Below, piece after piece: positions 18,031-27,104 of a DNA stretch of 64,000 nucleotides. Within the stretch, counting starts at the first letter, position 1; each line of letters begins with the position of its first letter. The position numbers were made by a program, and so were the translations under genes. The notes beneath the pieces are model-generated. The model made no database searches. It worked only from the letters and a program-made list of their open reading frames with translations, and was not told the origin of the DNA. Source of the DNA: Pseudomonadota bacterium (GTDB lineage Bacteria; Pseudomonadota; Alphaproteobacteria; Rhodobacterales; Rhodobacteraceae); NCBI GenBank assembly GCA_038525585.1, contig JBCBHM010000007.1, forward strand, positions 13,945 through 77,944, read 5' to 3'.

Positions 18031-19410
18031 TTGCCGCCCTTGTTTTCAAAGCTTAAGCAATATTTGCAGCCCAAGTCGGTAAACCCTGACATCCGTGTGG
18101 ACCGCCTGGGTGAGACCGTCGCAGGTGCGACATTGCACTGGCCGGATGTGCCGGTGCAACATCTCGATGTCAGCATCGCACGCAAGCATATCCCCCTGAG
18201 GTGCTTTGAAAAGGTCATTGTCGCCCCGGTCGAGGACCGCCGGGTGAGTTCGGTCTATTGGCCCAACGGCCGCCAGCAGGCGTTGATCAAGGGCCGGCGG
18301 TTCAAACTGCGCAGCTATTCCTCGCCCCCCGAACCTGCGCCGTCGCCGGTTGCTCATGTGACTGACCCTGCCTTTTGGATCGGGCGGCTGGATCGGCATT
18401 TCGGGCATTTCACGCTCGAGGTGGCGCCGCGGCTGGTACAAGCCATCGAAGAGCGGCCCAATGATCTCTATGTCTTTTGCGCCTGGCCCGATGACTATCG
18501 GCCCGATGATACCCCCTCATATTTTCATCAGGTGATCGATTGGTTCGGCGTGCCCAGGGACCAGGTCAAGATCGTAGCGGAACCGACCGAATTTGCCGAA
18601 TTGCGTGCCGGGGCGCAGCCTGAATACATGAACGGGCCGGGCGTGTGTGATGCTTATCTCGACACGCTGGACCGCGTACAGCGCGGCCATGGGGTCCACG
18701 CGCCCAATGGCCCGCCCGTCTTTGTCACCCGGGCCGAGATGCCCATTGCCAAGGGGCGGCTGGCCGGAGAGGTCTATTTGGCCAAAGTGCTTGCAGAGGC
18801 GGGGGTGCAGGTGATCGCGCCGGAAAAGATGTCTCTGCGCGCCCAGCTTGAGGTCTACGGCACGGCGCGCTGGATCATTTTTTCTGAAGGCTCGGCCTTG
18901 CATGGGCGCCAGCTGTTAGGACGGCTTGCGCAGAATATCCTGGTGATCAACCGCCGTGAGGCAAGCCGATTGGCCCAGCCGGGTCTTTTGGCGCGTTGCG
19001 ATCACTTGGCCTACTACGATGGGGTACTGGGGGAGATCTATACTCTCAATCCCGGTACGGGCGATCGCAATACCAGCACGACCCTGTCAATCTGCGCCGC
19101 CAAAGGCCTGCGCGAGATGTTTGCCGCCTTTGGGCTGGATCTGTCGGGTGCTTGGTCCGATGATGCGTTCGTCGCGGCGCGTGATGCCGACGTGTTGGCT
19201 TATGCCGAGGCGCAGCGGAAAATTTACTCAAAAATTCCGGTCGAAGACCATGCGCAGCTTGACAGCATCTTTCGTAGCTCCCTTGAGGATGCAGGCTTGG
19301 GCGGCCTGTGGCCGCAGGTGGCGCCCAAGCTGGCGCGTGCCAGTGAGATTGGTCGGATCAATCGTGATCGGCGGTTGGGGCACGGTCGTGGGTCTAACAC
19401 GGCTGTTTGA
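18031..19410 (+). CDS. Putative glycosyltransferase 61 / DUF563-like capsular polysaccharide protein (start uncertain)
   Basis: FGHFTLEVAPRLV and IIFSEGSALHGRQLL resemble the two conserved DUF563 blocks. The track start is a TTG; an in-frame GTG is at 18148. Confidence 0.4.
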   Translation: MPPLFSKLKQYLQPKSVNPDIRVDRLGETVAGATLHWPDVPVQHLDVSIARKHIPLRCFEKVIVAPVEDRRVSSVYWPNGRQQALIKGRRFKLRSYSSPPEPAPSPVAHVTDPAFWIGRLDRHFGHFTLEVAPRLVQAIEERPNDLYVFCAWPDDYRPDDTPSYFHQVIDWFGVPRDQVKIVAEPTEFAELRAGAQPEYMNGPGVCDAYLDTLDRVQRGHGVHAPNGPPVFVTRAEMPIAKGRLAGEVYLAKVLAEAGVQVIAPEKMSLRAQLEVYGTARWIIFSEGSALHGRQLLGRLAQNILVINRREASRLAQPGLLARCDHLAYYDGVLGEIYTLNPGTGDRNTSTTLSICAAKGLREMFAAFGLDLSGAWSDDAFVAARDADVLAYAEAQRKIYSKIPVEDHAQLDSIFRSSLEDAGLGGLWPQVAPKLARASEIGRINRDRRLGHGRGSNTAV

Positions 19411-19412
19411 TC

Positions 19413-20066
19413 TTATTGAACAAGGTCGAGATGGTGGGCGATTGCCTCTTCGAGGTCGTCGAAATACTGTAATTTGCCCCGATCCAGCACGATGCCTGCA
19501 TCGCAGAACTCGCGCACTTGCGGCATAGAGTGGGTGACCATAATGGCGCTGGCATGTTGCATGCGCTCGCGGAAAATCGCGCGGCTTTTAGCGTTGAAAC
19601 TTGCGTCTCCGACGGCCGTGACTTCGTCCACAAGGTAGGTGTCAAAGCGGATGCCCATGGACAGACCAAAGGTCAGTCGGGCGCGCATCCCTGCCGAATA
19701 GGTGCGCACGGGCATGTGGTAGTGCTCGCCCAGTTCCGCAAATTGCTGAACAAAGATCTCCAGTGCGGCGGTGTCCACCCCATAGACCCGACCCACAAAA
19801 CGCACGTTTTGTCGCCCTGTCATTTCTGGGTGAAACGAGCCGCCAAAGCCCACGGGCCACGAGATGGTTCCGTCTGACACCACCTTGCCCCGGTCGGTTG
19901 GCAGCACACCTGCGATAATCGACAAAAGAGTGGACTTGCCCGCTCCGTTGCGCCCCAGCAGCGCCAGGGATTTGCCCGTCGGCAGCGTCAGGTTGAGATT
20001 ATCGATCACCACTTTGCGTTGACCGCGCACCCAAAAGCTTTTGGTCAGGTTCTCAAAGCAGATCAT
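19413..20066 (-). CDS. kpsT: Capsular polysaccharide ABC exporter, ATP-binding protein
   Basis: 217 aa with Walker A GRNGAGKSTLL, signature YSAGMRARL and Walker B TYLVDE. The size and the adjacency to kpsE and kpsM fit KpsT. Confidence 0.85.
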   Translation of the reverse strand: MICFENLTKSFWVRGQRKVVIDNLNLTLPTGKSLALLGRNGAGKSTLLSIIAGVLPTDRGKVVSDGTISWPVGFGGSFHPEMTGRQNVRFVGRVYGVDTAALEIFVQQFAELGEHYHMPVRTYSAGMRARLTFGLSMGIRFDTYLVDEVTAVGDASFNAKSRAIFRERMQHASAIMVTHSMPQVREFCDAGIVLDRGKLQYFDDLEEAIAHHLDLVQ

Positions 20067-20072
20067 ACGCTG

Positions 20073-21530
20073 TCACCGGCTGTCGCGCGCCGAATAGTAT
20101 ATCAGCATCCCTACGGCCCAGATCAGGCTGGCGAAGATAGCCACCAGTGCCACCAGCAGCAGGCGCTGCGGATACTCGGACTGTTCTGCCAGGGTCGGGT
20201 TTATAAAGACCGCCAGATAACGGCTTTGCCGTTGCGCATTGGCACTGGCAATGTCTAACGCTGTGAGGCTTGCCCGATAGCTTTCCTCTGCAAACTGGCG
20301 ATCCACGAGCAATCCTTCGTATTCGGCCAGCAGGCTCGGGTAATCGGTGCCGTCGGCGGCTGCTGTACTGCTGGTCACTGTGCGCCGTTCTTCCTGAATA
20401 CGATTGCGGATCACTTCGATCAGCCGGCTGCTTTGCACGACACGGGGGTCATTGGCCGACGTTTGCTGGCCCAAAAGATCGCTTTCAACCAACGCTTCGG
20501 CCAATTGCTGTTGCAGGTTGTTGACCACACCGAGCCGACCTTGGAGATCCGTTTCCAGATCCACGATCTGAGTGCGCGTGCGGAAGCGGATCAAGGCTTC
20601 GCGCGCAGCTTTGAGCCTATTTAGAGACTGTTCGAGGTCCGATTGAGCATATCTGATCGCTTCATTCCGGGCGGTCTGGTTGAGCGCGTTGATCATGCTC
20701 TGGCTTTCATCCAGTACCGCGCGGGTCAACAGCTGCGCGGTCCGTGGTTCAAAGCTGAGGATCCGCAGATTAACCAACCCACTGGACTGGTCATAAGACA
20801 CCCGCGCCATCCGTCCCCAATACCAGGTCAGATCCTCGACTGTCGCATCGGGCCAGATCGAAAAGGCGGGGTCAGTGTCCCACGTCTGAGAGTAAAGCGA
20901 CACCAGATCATATTTTTCATTCAACCGGGCGACGAGCTCCTGGCTTTGAATAAATTCATAGAGGATGTCGTTGTCACTTTGGGTGCTGGATCCGCTGATC
21001 TGAGAGGCAAAACCGCCCAACAGATCGGTGCCGGACCCGCCGTCCTCGCGACGTACGGTAAACCCGGTGACAGAGGCAAACTGATCCGTGCTACGTGTCC
21101 ACAAATAGACTGCGGTCGTGGCGACAGGCACAAGAACGATCAGTGCAAAGATCAAGAGCCCGATCCAATGCCGCATCTCCATCTTGGCGCGGGGGGCTAC
21201 GGGTGCAATTTCGATGACCCGCGCGCCGGCTTTCGGAGGATGGGGTTTCGCGGACTTTGCGTGTGGCACGGGCGCTGGGGCGACCTCGGCCCGCGCCTCG
21301 GCTTTGGGGAGCTGATGCGCTACGTTGCTGGTCGTGTCTGGGCCTGTATCTGGGCCTTTATTTGGTTCTTGATCTGGGGAACGCCGCGAGGCAGGACCGT
21401 CGTGCGCGCTGTTGGTACGCTCTTGGTGCAGGGTCTTGACAGCCGTTTGGCTGGCCTGCGCGTTTGGGCCAGGGCGAAACCATCTCTGCTTCGGGGGGGT
21501 TTTCTCCGGATTGCTCACGGGTATACTCAC
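20073..21530 (-). CDS. kpsE: Capsule polysaccharide export inner-membrane (polysaccharide co-polymerase) protein, KpsE-like; N-terminal extension uncertain
   Basis: TM helix HWIGLLIFALIVLVPVATTAVYLW, a long coiled periplasmic region and a C-terminal TM (LLLVALVAIFASLIWAVGMLIYY). The track start is a GTG, and the first ~115 aa are Pro/Ala/Lys-rich low complexity. An alternative ATG (MEMRHW) would give about 368 aa. Confidence 0.75.
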   Translation of the reverse strand: MSIPVSNPEKTPPKQRWFRPGPNAQASQTAVKTLHQERTNSAHDGPASRRSPDQEPNKGPDTGPDTTSNVAHQLPKAEARAEVAPAPVPHAKSAKPHPPKAGARVIEIAPVAPRAKMEMRHWIGLLIFALIVLVPVATTAVYLWTRSTDQFASVTGFTVRREDGGSGTDLLGGFASQISGSSTQSDNDILYEFIQSQELVARLNEKYDLVSLYSQTWDTDPAFSIWPDATVEDLTWYWGRMARVSYDQSSGLVNLRILSFEPRTAQLLTRAVLDESQSMINALNQTARNEAIRYAQSDLEQSLNRLKAAREALIRFRTRTQIVDLETDLQGRLGVVNNLQQQLAEALVESDLLGQQTSANDPRVVQSSRLIEVIRNRIQEERRTVTSSTAAADGTDYPSLLAEYEGLLVDRQFAEESYRASLTALDIASANAQRQSRYLAVFINPTLAEQSEYPQRLLLVALVAIFASLIWAVGMLIYYSARDSR

Positions 21531-21640
21531 TTTATCGCGCTGTTCTAGCTATGTTATACGTCGCGCCCCATGCGGTCGAGGCGGAACCTGCCGCGAAAAG
21601 GCCGACCCGCGATGCCAAACAGAGGACACAGCAGCCCAGC

Positions 21641-22456
21641 ATGAGTGAATTTCCGTTGCCCTTGCCACCAGGCGGCGCCCAAAAGCCCCGCCAGAGTGCG
21701 GGTCGGTGGCGTACAGTGAGCGCGCTGATGCTGCGCGAAATGGGGTCGCGCTATGGGCGGTCGCCGGGAGGGTATCTATGGGCCATTCTGGAGCCCATAG
21801 GGATGATCATCATTATGGCCGTCGCCTTTTCCCTGCTCTTGCGGTCCCCGTCTTTGGGCAACAGTTTCATCCTGTTTTACGCCACGGGCTACGTGCCGTT
21901 TAATCTGTTCATCAAGATTTCGCAGACTGTTGCCGCAGGCATCCGCTATTCAAAGCCGTTGCTGACCTACCCGGCGGTCTCCTGGATCGACGCAATTTTC
22001 GCGCGTGCACTCTTGAACTTCCTGACCAATGCGCTGGTCGCCGTTATCCTGTTTGCGATGCTTATCGCCGTACTGGATCTGCAAGTGGTGTTCCGCATTG
22101 GTTTTGTGTTGGAAGCCTTCGCGATGGCGTTTTTGATGGGGCTTGGAATAGGAATGCTCAATTGCGTAATCATGGGATTTGTACCTGTTTGGGAGACGAT
22201 CTGGGGTATCATCACCCGGCCTCTTTTTCTAGCGTCGGGTGTGCTGATCATCTATGAGGACGTGCCGCGGACGGTACAGGAAATCCTGATCTGGAATCCG
22301 TTGCTGCACATCAGTGGTATCATGCGCATGGGGTTTTACTCGACCTATGCGCCACAATACATCTCGTATCCTTTTGTGCTTTTTGTGGCTCTGGCTCTTG
22401 TCGTTTTCGGCATGCTGCTGTTGCGTCGGCATTATCGGTGGCTGCTGCAGATCTAG
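21641..22456 (+). CDS. kpsM: Capsular polysaccharide ABC exporter, permease
   Basis: ABC-2 type permease: MLREMGSRYGRSPGGYLWAILEPIGMIIIMAVAF plus 6 TM segments, about 271 aa from the ATG at 21641. Divergent from kpsE-kpsT. Confidence 0.85.
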   Translation: MSEFPLPLPPGGAQKPRQSAGRWRTVSALMLREMGSRYGRSPGGYLWAILEPIGMIIIMAVAFSLLLRSPSLGNSFILFYATGYVPFNLFIKISQTVAAGIRYSKPLLTYPAVSWIDAIFARALLNFLTNALVAVILFAMLIAVLDLQVVFRIGFVLEAFAMAFLMGLGIGMLNCVIMGFVPVWETIWGIITRPLFLASGVLIIYEDVPRTVQEILIWNPLLHISGIMRMGFYSTYAPQYISYPFVLFVALALVVFGMLLLRRHYRWLLQI

Positions 22457-22459
22457 ACC

Positions 22460-23443
22460 CTAAACTTGGGAAAGTGACGCAATTTCGGCATGGGTACGGC
22501 GTGTGTGCCCTCGTAGCCCGTCCATCAGAGCTATGCGGCAGAGCCGTTTATAGGCGCGTCGGTCGGTGTCGTGATAGTGTCGCTGCGCGTACCACCAGCG
22601 CGCCGCAAAGAGCGCCATGACAGGCCATATCAAAACCGGTCCAGCAGCAACGCGGTACATAAAGATGCGGTTGCGTTGCAGATAATACACCTTCCACAGC
22701 GGCGTGACGCTTGGCCCGGCTTGGGACATGGTGGCGCAGTCATGTTCAAAGCGTAGGCCTGCATCAAACATGATCTGCCCGCCTGCTTGTGACAGGGCGA
22801 GTGAAAACAACACATCATCGCCGTAAAGGAAGAGGTCGGCCCGCGGCAGCCCCGCCATTTCGATGGCTTTTCTGTGCAAGAACATGCCGACAAAAGAGCC
22901 GCCGTGCACCGCCTGTGGAGCTGAGGCGGTATAGCTGGTGTCCGGGACATGGAACCCGGCCCGTCCTCGTCGCAGCGTGGCAAGAGCTGTGCGCCAATCT
23001 GCGAACGGGCGCCGCCAGGGTCGGTTCATCTCGCACAGACTTCCATCAGGATAGTGCACCGCAGCCAGCCAGGCCTGGGCGTTATCGCGGGGCACAGCTG
23101 TGAAAGCGGCCAACGTGTCAGGCAGGGGGCGACCATCGTCATCCATCAGCACCACCCAATCACGGCCTGGTGCTTGGGTTGGCAGCGCCTGAAACGCAGC
23201 CAACCCTGATGCAAAGCCATTTGCCCCACCGCGATTTTCCGCCAGTGTTAAGGTCAAAATACGCGGGTCTGTCTGATCTGCCAGCCAGTCGCCCGTCCCA
23301 TCGGTCGACGCGCTATCAACCACGATCACGCGCGCCAGTACATGCTCGTCGCTGCTCAGCAGGGCCGCAAGCGTGGTTTGTAGTTGGGATAGGCGGTTAA
23401 ACGTGACCACAAGGGCGGTGATGGGGTTACGAGGTTGTCTCAC
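22460..23443 (-). CDS. Family 2 glycosyltransferase (rhamnosyl/galactofuranosyl-transferase-like)
   Basis: ITALVVTFNRLSQLQTTLAALL...VIVVDSASTDGT...NRGGANGF...LMDDDG is the GT-A fold with DDD. GTG start. Confidence 0.75.
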   Translation of the reverse strand: MRQPRNPITALVVTFNRLSQLQTTLAALLSSDEHVLARVIVVDSASTDGTGDWLADQTDPRILTLTLAENRGGANGFASGLAAFQALPTQAPGRDWVVLMDDDGRPLPDTLAAFTAVPRDNAQAWLAAVHYPDGSLCEMNRPWRRPFADWRTALATLRRGRAGFHVPDTSYTASAPQAVHGGSFVGMFLHRKAIEMAGLPRADLFLYGDDVLFSLALSQAGGQIMFDAGLRFEHDCATMSQAGPSVTPLWKVYYLQRNRIFMYRVAAGPVLIWPVMALFAARWWYAQRHYHDTDRRAYKRLCRIALMDGLRGHTRRTHAEIASLSQV

Positions 23444-23491
23444 CGCTCCTTGCCCTTTTCAGAAAGTCACGTGTCATCACGCTCCGGTCAT

Positions 23492-24200
23492 CTACATAAA
23501 CGTGATGTCATTCACCAGCACGCTGGCATCCATTACCCCATTCAGCGTGATGGTGTTACCCTCGCCAAAGTCAAAGACGGTGTTGCCATTGATCACATTG
23601 GCAAAGGTATCAACCACGACCGCCGCATCAGTCAATCCGCCCGTAAGCGCTGTCGAGATTTGAAGTGTGTCGGTGTCGTCGGCGAAATCAAGGATAATAT
23701 CGGCGCCCATGTCTGCCTCGAAGACAAAGGTATCATTTCCATCACCACCCCTGAGGGTGTCATTGCCCGTGCCGCCGTTCAGAGTGTCATTGTCGCCGCC
23801 CGCATTGAGCAAGTCATTGCCTGCATCGCCATTGAGCACATCTGCAAAGGAGTTGGCAAAGATCCTGTCATCGCCCTCGCCACCATTAAGCACGTCCGCT
23901 CGGGTGCCGCCCTTGATAAAGTCGTTGCCAGCGCCGCCGTCGATGCTGTCATTGCCGCCGCCGCCTTTGAGAGTGTCTTCGCCGATGCCGCCCTCAAGCG
24001 TGTCGGCATTGCGCTGACCGACGATGCTGTCGTTGCCCTCGCCTCCAATCAGCGTATCCTCGCCACGGCCGCCGCGCAGGAAGTCGTCTCCCAACCCGCC
24101 ATCAACACTGTCCTCGCCGACACCTGCACGTACGTCGTCGTCGCCGTCGCCCGCTTCGACCGTATCGTTGCCGCGCCCGGCATCAATGGTGTCATCCCCC
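23492..24200. repeat. Dispersed repeat 1 of 2: conserved RTX C-terminal module
   Basis: DNA is highly similar to 25080-25790. For example 23800-23990 and 25395-25570 align with only scattered mismatches. Confidence 0.7.
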
Positions 24201-24814
24201 ATCCCGCCGTCCAGATCGTTGTTGCCGGTGTCGCCGGTTACCTCGATCCCCGGCGGAACCGGGTCAGGATTGTCCACGACGCTATCCCAAGGCAGCGTTG
24301 TCAGTGCGATGTCGCTGTCCGGTGCGAATGGTGTGGTTGGCGGCTCAAGAAACTCGGCGTTCGGGTCGGAGGCGAAGAACTGTTCGATGGTGTCGTCATT
24401 GGCTGTGTTGGGGTCGAACGGTAGATCAGGGCCCCAAGTAAAGGCGTAATCGAATTCGTCGAAATTACCGTTTGTCTCGAACCCGAAGAAATAGAAGAAG
24501 ATCAGGTAGGTGCTGCCCTCGCTCCAATTGATCTGAAAAAATTCTACGTCAAACCCATCGAATTGCACGCCTATTTCATTCAGAGACAGCCCGTCGAGCC
24601 GAATGGCGTCCTGGATTGTGTTTTCAAATGTGATCTCGTCGGGATCGTCGTTCGGATCGTCCAATGAATACCGGAATGTCGTGATGTCGTCGTCCAGCGT
24701 CATAGTCAGCGTGGTTGCCTGGGTCCCTACGATGATGTTTGTATCGTTTTCCGGGTCGGGGTTGTTGTCGAAGTATTGAATGCGTGTGCCGTTCAGTGTG
24801 TATGTTGTCGTCAT
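23492..24814 (-). CDS. RTX calcium-binding repeat protein, 440 aa
   Basis: Acidic N-terminal domain followed by GGxGxD nonapeptides. The C-terminal ~235 aa are nearly identical to those of 25080-26930. ATG at 24814 (the track start at 24817 is TTG). Confidence 0.85.
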   Translation of the reverse strand: MTTTYTLNGTRIQYFDNNPDPENDTNIIVGTQATTLTMTLDDDITTFRYSLDDPNDDPDEITFENTIQDAIRLDGLSLNEIGVQFDGFDVEFFQINWSEGSTYLIFFYFFGFETNGNFDEFDYAFTWGPDLPFDPNTANDDTIEQFFASDPNAEFLEPPTTPFAPDSDIALTTLPWDSVVDNPDPVPPGIEVTGDTGNNDLDGGMGDDTIDAGRGNDTVEAGDGDDDVRAGVGEDSVDGGLGDDFLRGGRGEDTLIGGEGNDSIVGQRNADTLEGGIGEDTLKGGGGNDSIDGGAGNDFIKGGTRADVLNGGEGDDRIFANSFADVLNGDAGNDLLNAGGDNDTLNGGTGNDTLRGGDGNDTFVFEADMGADIILDFADDTDTLQISTALTGGLTDAAVVVDTFANVINGNTVFDFGEGNTITLNGVMDASVLVNDITFM

Positions 24815-25079
24815 CAACTGTGTTCCTGATTACGCCGAGATGGCTGGAATGTGGTGCAATCGGACCGTGCCGCGTGGGCATAATTTCCCCCGTAAACACC
24901 TGTGATTCCAAGATTAGCGTTCAGGTATCGCGAATGCCAACGTTATATTTTTGTTACCTTTTATGTCATGGTGTGGTGTACGCCTGCTTCGGCGCTCACC
25001 TTATTGGCGCGCGGGATCTTGGGTCGCTGTCATGTGGTGCTGTCAGAGCCTTAGATGACACGAATCCGTGCGCAAGCTA

Positions 25080-25790
25080 TCAGATGAAGGTCATATCGTT
25101 GACCAAGGCGGTGTCTATCATGACACCGTTCAGCGTGATTGTGTTGCCCCCGCCAAAGTCAAAAACGGTATTGCCCGCGATCACATCGGCAAATGTGGCT
25201 ACCACGCGAGCGGCATCAGTGTCGCCGCCCGTCAGCGCGCTCGAGATCTGCAGCGCGTCTACGTCATCCTGAAAATCCAGCACCACATCGGCGCCCATAT
25301 CGGCCTCGAAGACGAAAACATCCTGCCCGCCGCCGCCTTTGAGCGTGTCGTTTCCGGTGCCCCCGTTTAGCGTATCGGCGTCGCCGCCCGCATTCAGAAG
25401 ATCATTGCCCGCATCCCCGTTCAGCACATCCGCAAAGGAGTTGGCAAAGATCCTGTCATCGCCTTCGCCACCATTGAGCACGTCCGCTCGGGTACCGCCC
25501 TTGATAAAGTCGTTGCCTGCGCCGCCGTCGATGCTGTCATTGCCGCCGCCGCCCTTGAGGTTGTCTTCGCCCGCGCCGCCATCGATGCTGTCGGCGTTGC
25601 GCTGGCCCACGATCCGGTCATTGTCATCGCCACCGTTTAGCGTGTCTTCGCCCACGCCGCCGCGAATGAAATCCTCGCCCGTGCCGCCATCGACGCTGTC
25701 GTCGCCTGTGCCGGCGCGCACGTCGTCATTGCCCGCCCCGCCTTCGATGGTGTCATCGCCGCGACCGCCATCGACGGTGTCGTTGTCAGC
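25080..25790. repeat. Dispersed repeat 2 of 2: conserved RTX C-terminal module
   Basis: See 23492-24200. Same orientation, about 1.6 kb apart. Confidence 0.7.
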
Positions 25791-26930
25791 GTCACCATAA
25801 AACTCTTCGTCGCCATTGGTGCCGACCAAACTGTCATTGCCCATGCCGCCATAAAGGCCCTGGGTCCCAAACCCACCAGACGTGATCGTATCATTGCCCT
25901 CGCCGCCATAGAGATATGTGATGAGTTGGTTCGAGCCGGTGATGTTGTCATTACCCTGGCCGCCATAGATCTCGCTCCATTCCGGGCCGGTGGGGCTGTC
26001 TATGGTTATGCCCAGATTGGGAGCAACGATCGTGTCACCTGCCGAAGTGCCAAGGATGACAGCATTGTCTTGGGTGACGTCCGCAACGGAAAGAGCCAGC
26101 TGCATAATACTGGTATATTGGGGGCTGCTCCCCTCTCCGGTGTTGTACCAGCCGACGAATTCGAACGGTGATGAGCCGTCCCCGTTCAGGATAACCGTTG
26201 TGGTGTGCCCCTGGAAGGAGGTGAGGACCAAGGTTGACCCGGTGTTGATGAATTCACCGGCATCGCGTCCGTCAAAATCCAGCCGGATCAGATTATCTTT
26301 GCCAGTGCTGTCACTGGCCAGAACCGTTCCGCTGCCATCGCGCCCATCAATTATGATACTGTCGTTGCCCGCACCGCCTTCGATCGTGTCATCGCCCAAG
26401 GCGGTATAGATGCTGTCATCGGTAACAGTGCCGGTAAAGTGGTCATTGTCGCTGACGACAACGCCGGGCAAAGTGCTGAGGTCCACCACATCCCCGATCT
26501 GAAAGCCTTGACGCACGTCGCGGGACAAGTCTGTCACCTGCCTAAAGAAGCTGAGGGCATCGCCGATATTGTTGATCGGTGGCAGGGGATCCCCCGCCAG
26601 GAAAAAGAGCAGGTCATCACCGGTGGACGCGTCGGTAATATCCATCACAAGGGTCTGATTGCCTGCCCCCCATGAGATTTCAATAAGCGCGGCATCCAGA
26701 TTGATGTTGGGGTCGTTCTGGGACACCCCATCGACATTTATGGCCTGAAAACTGTCTTCGTCAAAAATGATGTCCAGAACTTCGGGGAAAAAGAACGGCT
26801 CTTCGGAATAGGTAATGGTGTTGGTGCCGTCGGCGACTATAATGCCTAGGGTTACCGGCGCGCCGCCGTTCACCAGATTGCCGTCGTCGTCAAATCGCAG
26901 GCGCACGCCTGCAAGGGAGAATGTTGCCAT
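25080..26930 (-). CDS. RTX calcium-binding repeat protein, 616 aa
   Basis: N-terminus MATFSLAGVRLRFDDDG is similar in style to that of the 440-aa paralogue. Multiple GGxGxD repeats follow. The C-terminal tail FVFEADMGADVVLDF...NTITLNGVM...LVNDMTFI is present. Confidence 0.85.
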   Translation of the reverse strand: MATFSLAGVRLRFDDDGNLVNGGAPVTLGIIVADGTNTITYSEEPFFFPEVLDIIFDEDSFQAINVDGVSQNDPNINLDAALIEISWGAGNQTLVMDITDASTGDDLLFFLAGDPLPPINNIGDALSFFRQVTDLSRDVRQGFQIGDVVDLSTLPGVVVSDNDHFTGTVTDDSIYTALGDDTIEGGAGNDSIIIDGRDGSGTVLASDSTGKDNLIRLDFDGRDAGEFINTGSTLVLTSFQGHTTTVILNGDGSSPFEFVGWYNTGEGSSPQYTSIMQLALSVADVTQDNAVILGTSAGDTIVAPNLGITIDSPTGPEWSEIYGGQGNDNITGSNQLITYLYGGEGNDTITSGGFGTQGLYGGMGNDSLVGTNGDEEFYGDADNDTVDGGRGDDTIEGGAGNDDVRAGTGDDSVDGGTGEDFIRGGVGEDTLNGGDDNDRIVGQRNADSIDGGAGEDNLKGGGGNDSIDGGAGNDFIKGGTRADVLNGGEGDDRIFANSFADVLNGDAGNDLLNAGGDADTLNGGTGNDTLKGGGGQDVFVFEADMGADVVLDFQDDVDALQISSALTGGDTDAARVVATFADVIAGNTVFDFGGGNTITLNGVMIDTALVNDMTFI

Positions 26931-27104
26931 GTCCCCGCCCCCGTTTATTATTTTTTCCCCTCAGATATCCTAGGGAGTTGTTCCGAGCGGGGCAACAGCG
27001 GAGAGGTCAGAGAAAGCTGATATCATCTGCCAGCACTGTCTCGTCCGCGAGCACGATCAGGGCGATCGTGGTGCACAAATTTATCGGGGCACTTTTAATC
27101 TGTG

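Noticed and set aside
20643-21548. 301-aa plus-strand ORF
   Set aside because: It is antisense to kpsE and has no motifs. It is a shadow ORF.
21583-21608. GGAAC upstream of kpsM as a possible EcfG promoter
   Set aside because: The bases 16 or 17 nt downstream are GACC and ACCC, not CGTT. The same holds for the GGAAC (complement of 26980-26984) upstream of the 616-aa RTX gene, where TGAG follows. The capsule locus therefore shows no EcfG motif.
21464-21640. N-terminal extension of the kpsM track ORF
   Set aside because: It overlaps the kpsE start region on the other strand. The KpsM-like sequence begins near MSEF... at 21641, although an intermediate Met at 21551 cannot be excluded.
23492-26930. 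Strong short-period DNA repetition that could be mistaken for a tandem-repeat or CRISPR-like array
   Set aside because: The 27-nt periodicity is the coding signature of GGxGxDxxx RTX nonapeptides inside long ORFs. The repeats are imperfect and there is no repeat-spacer organisation.
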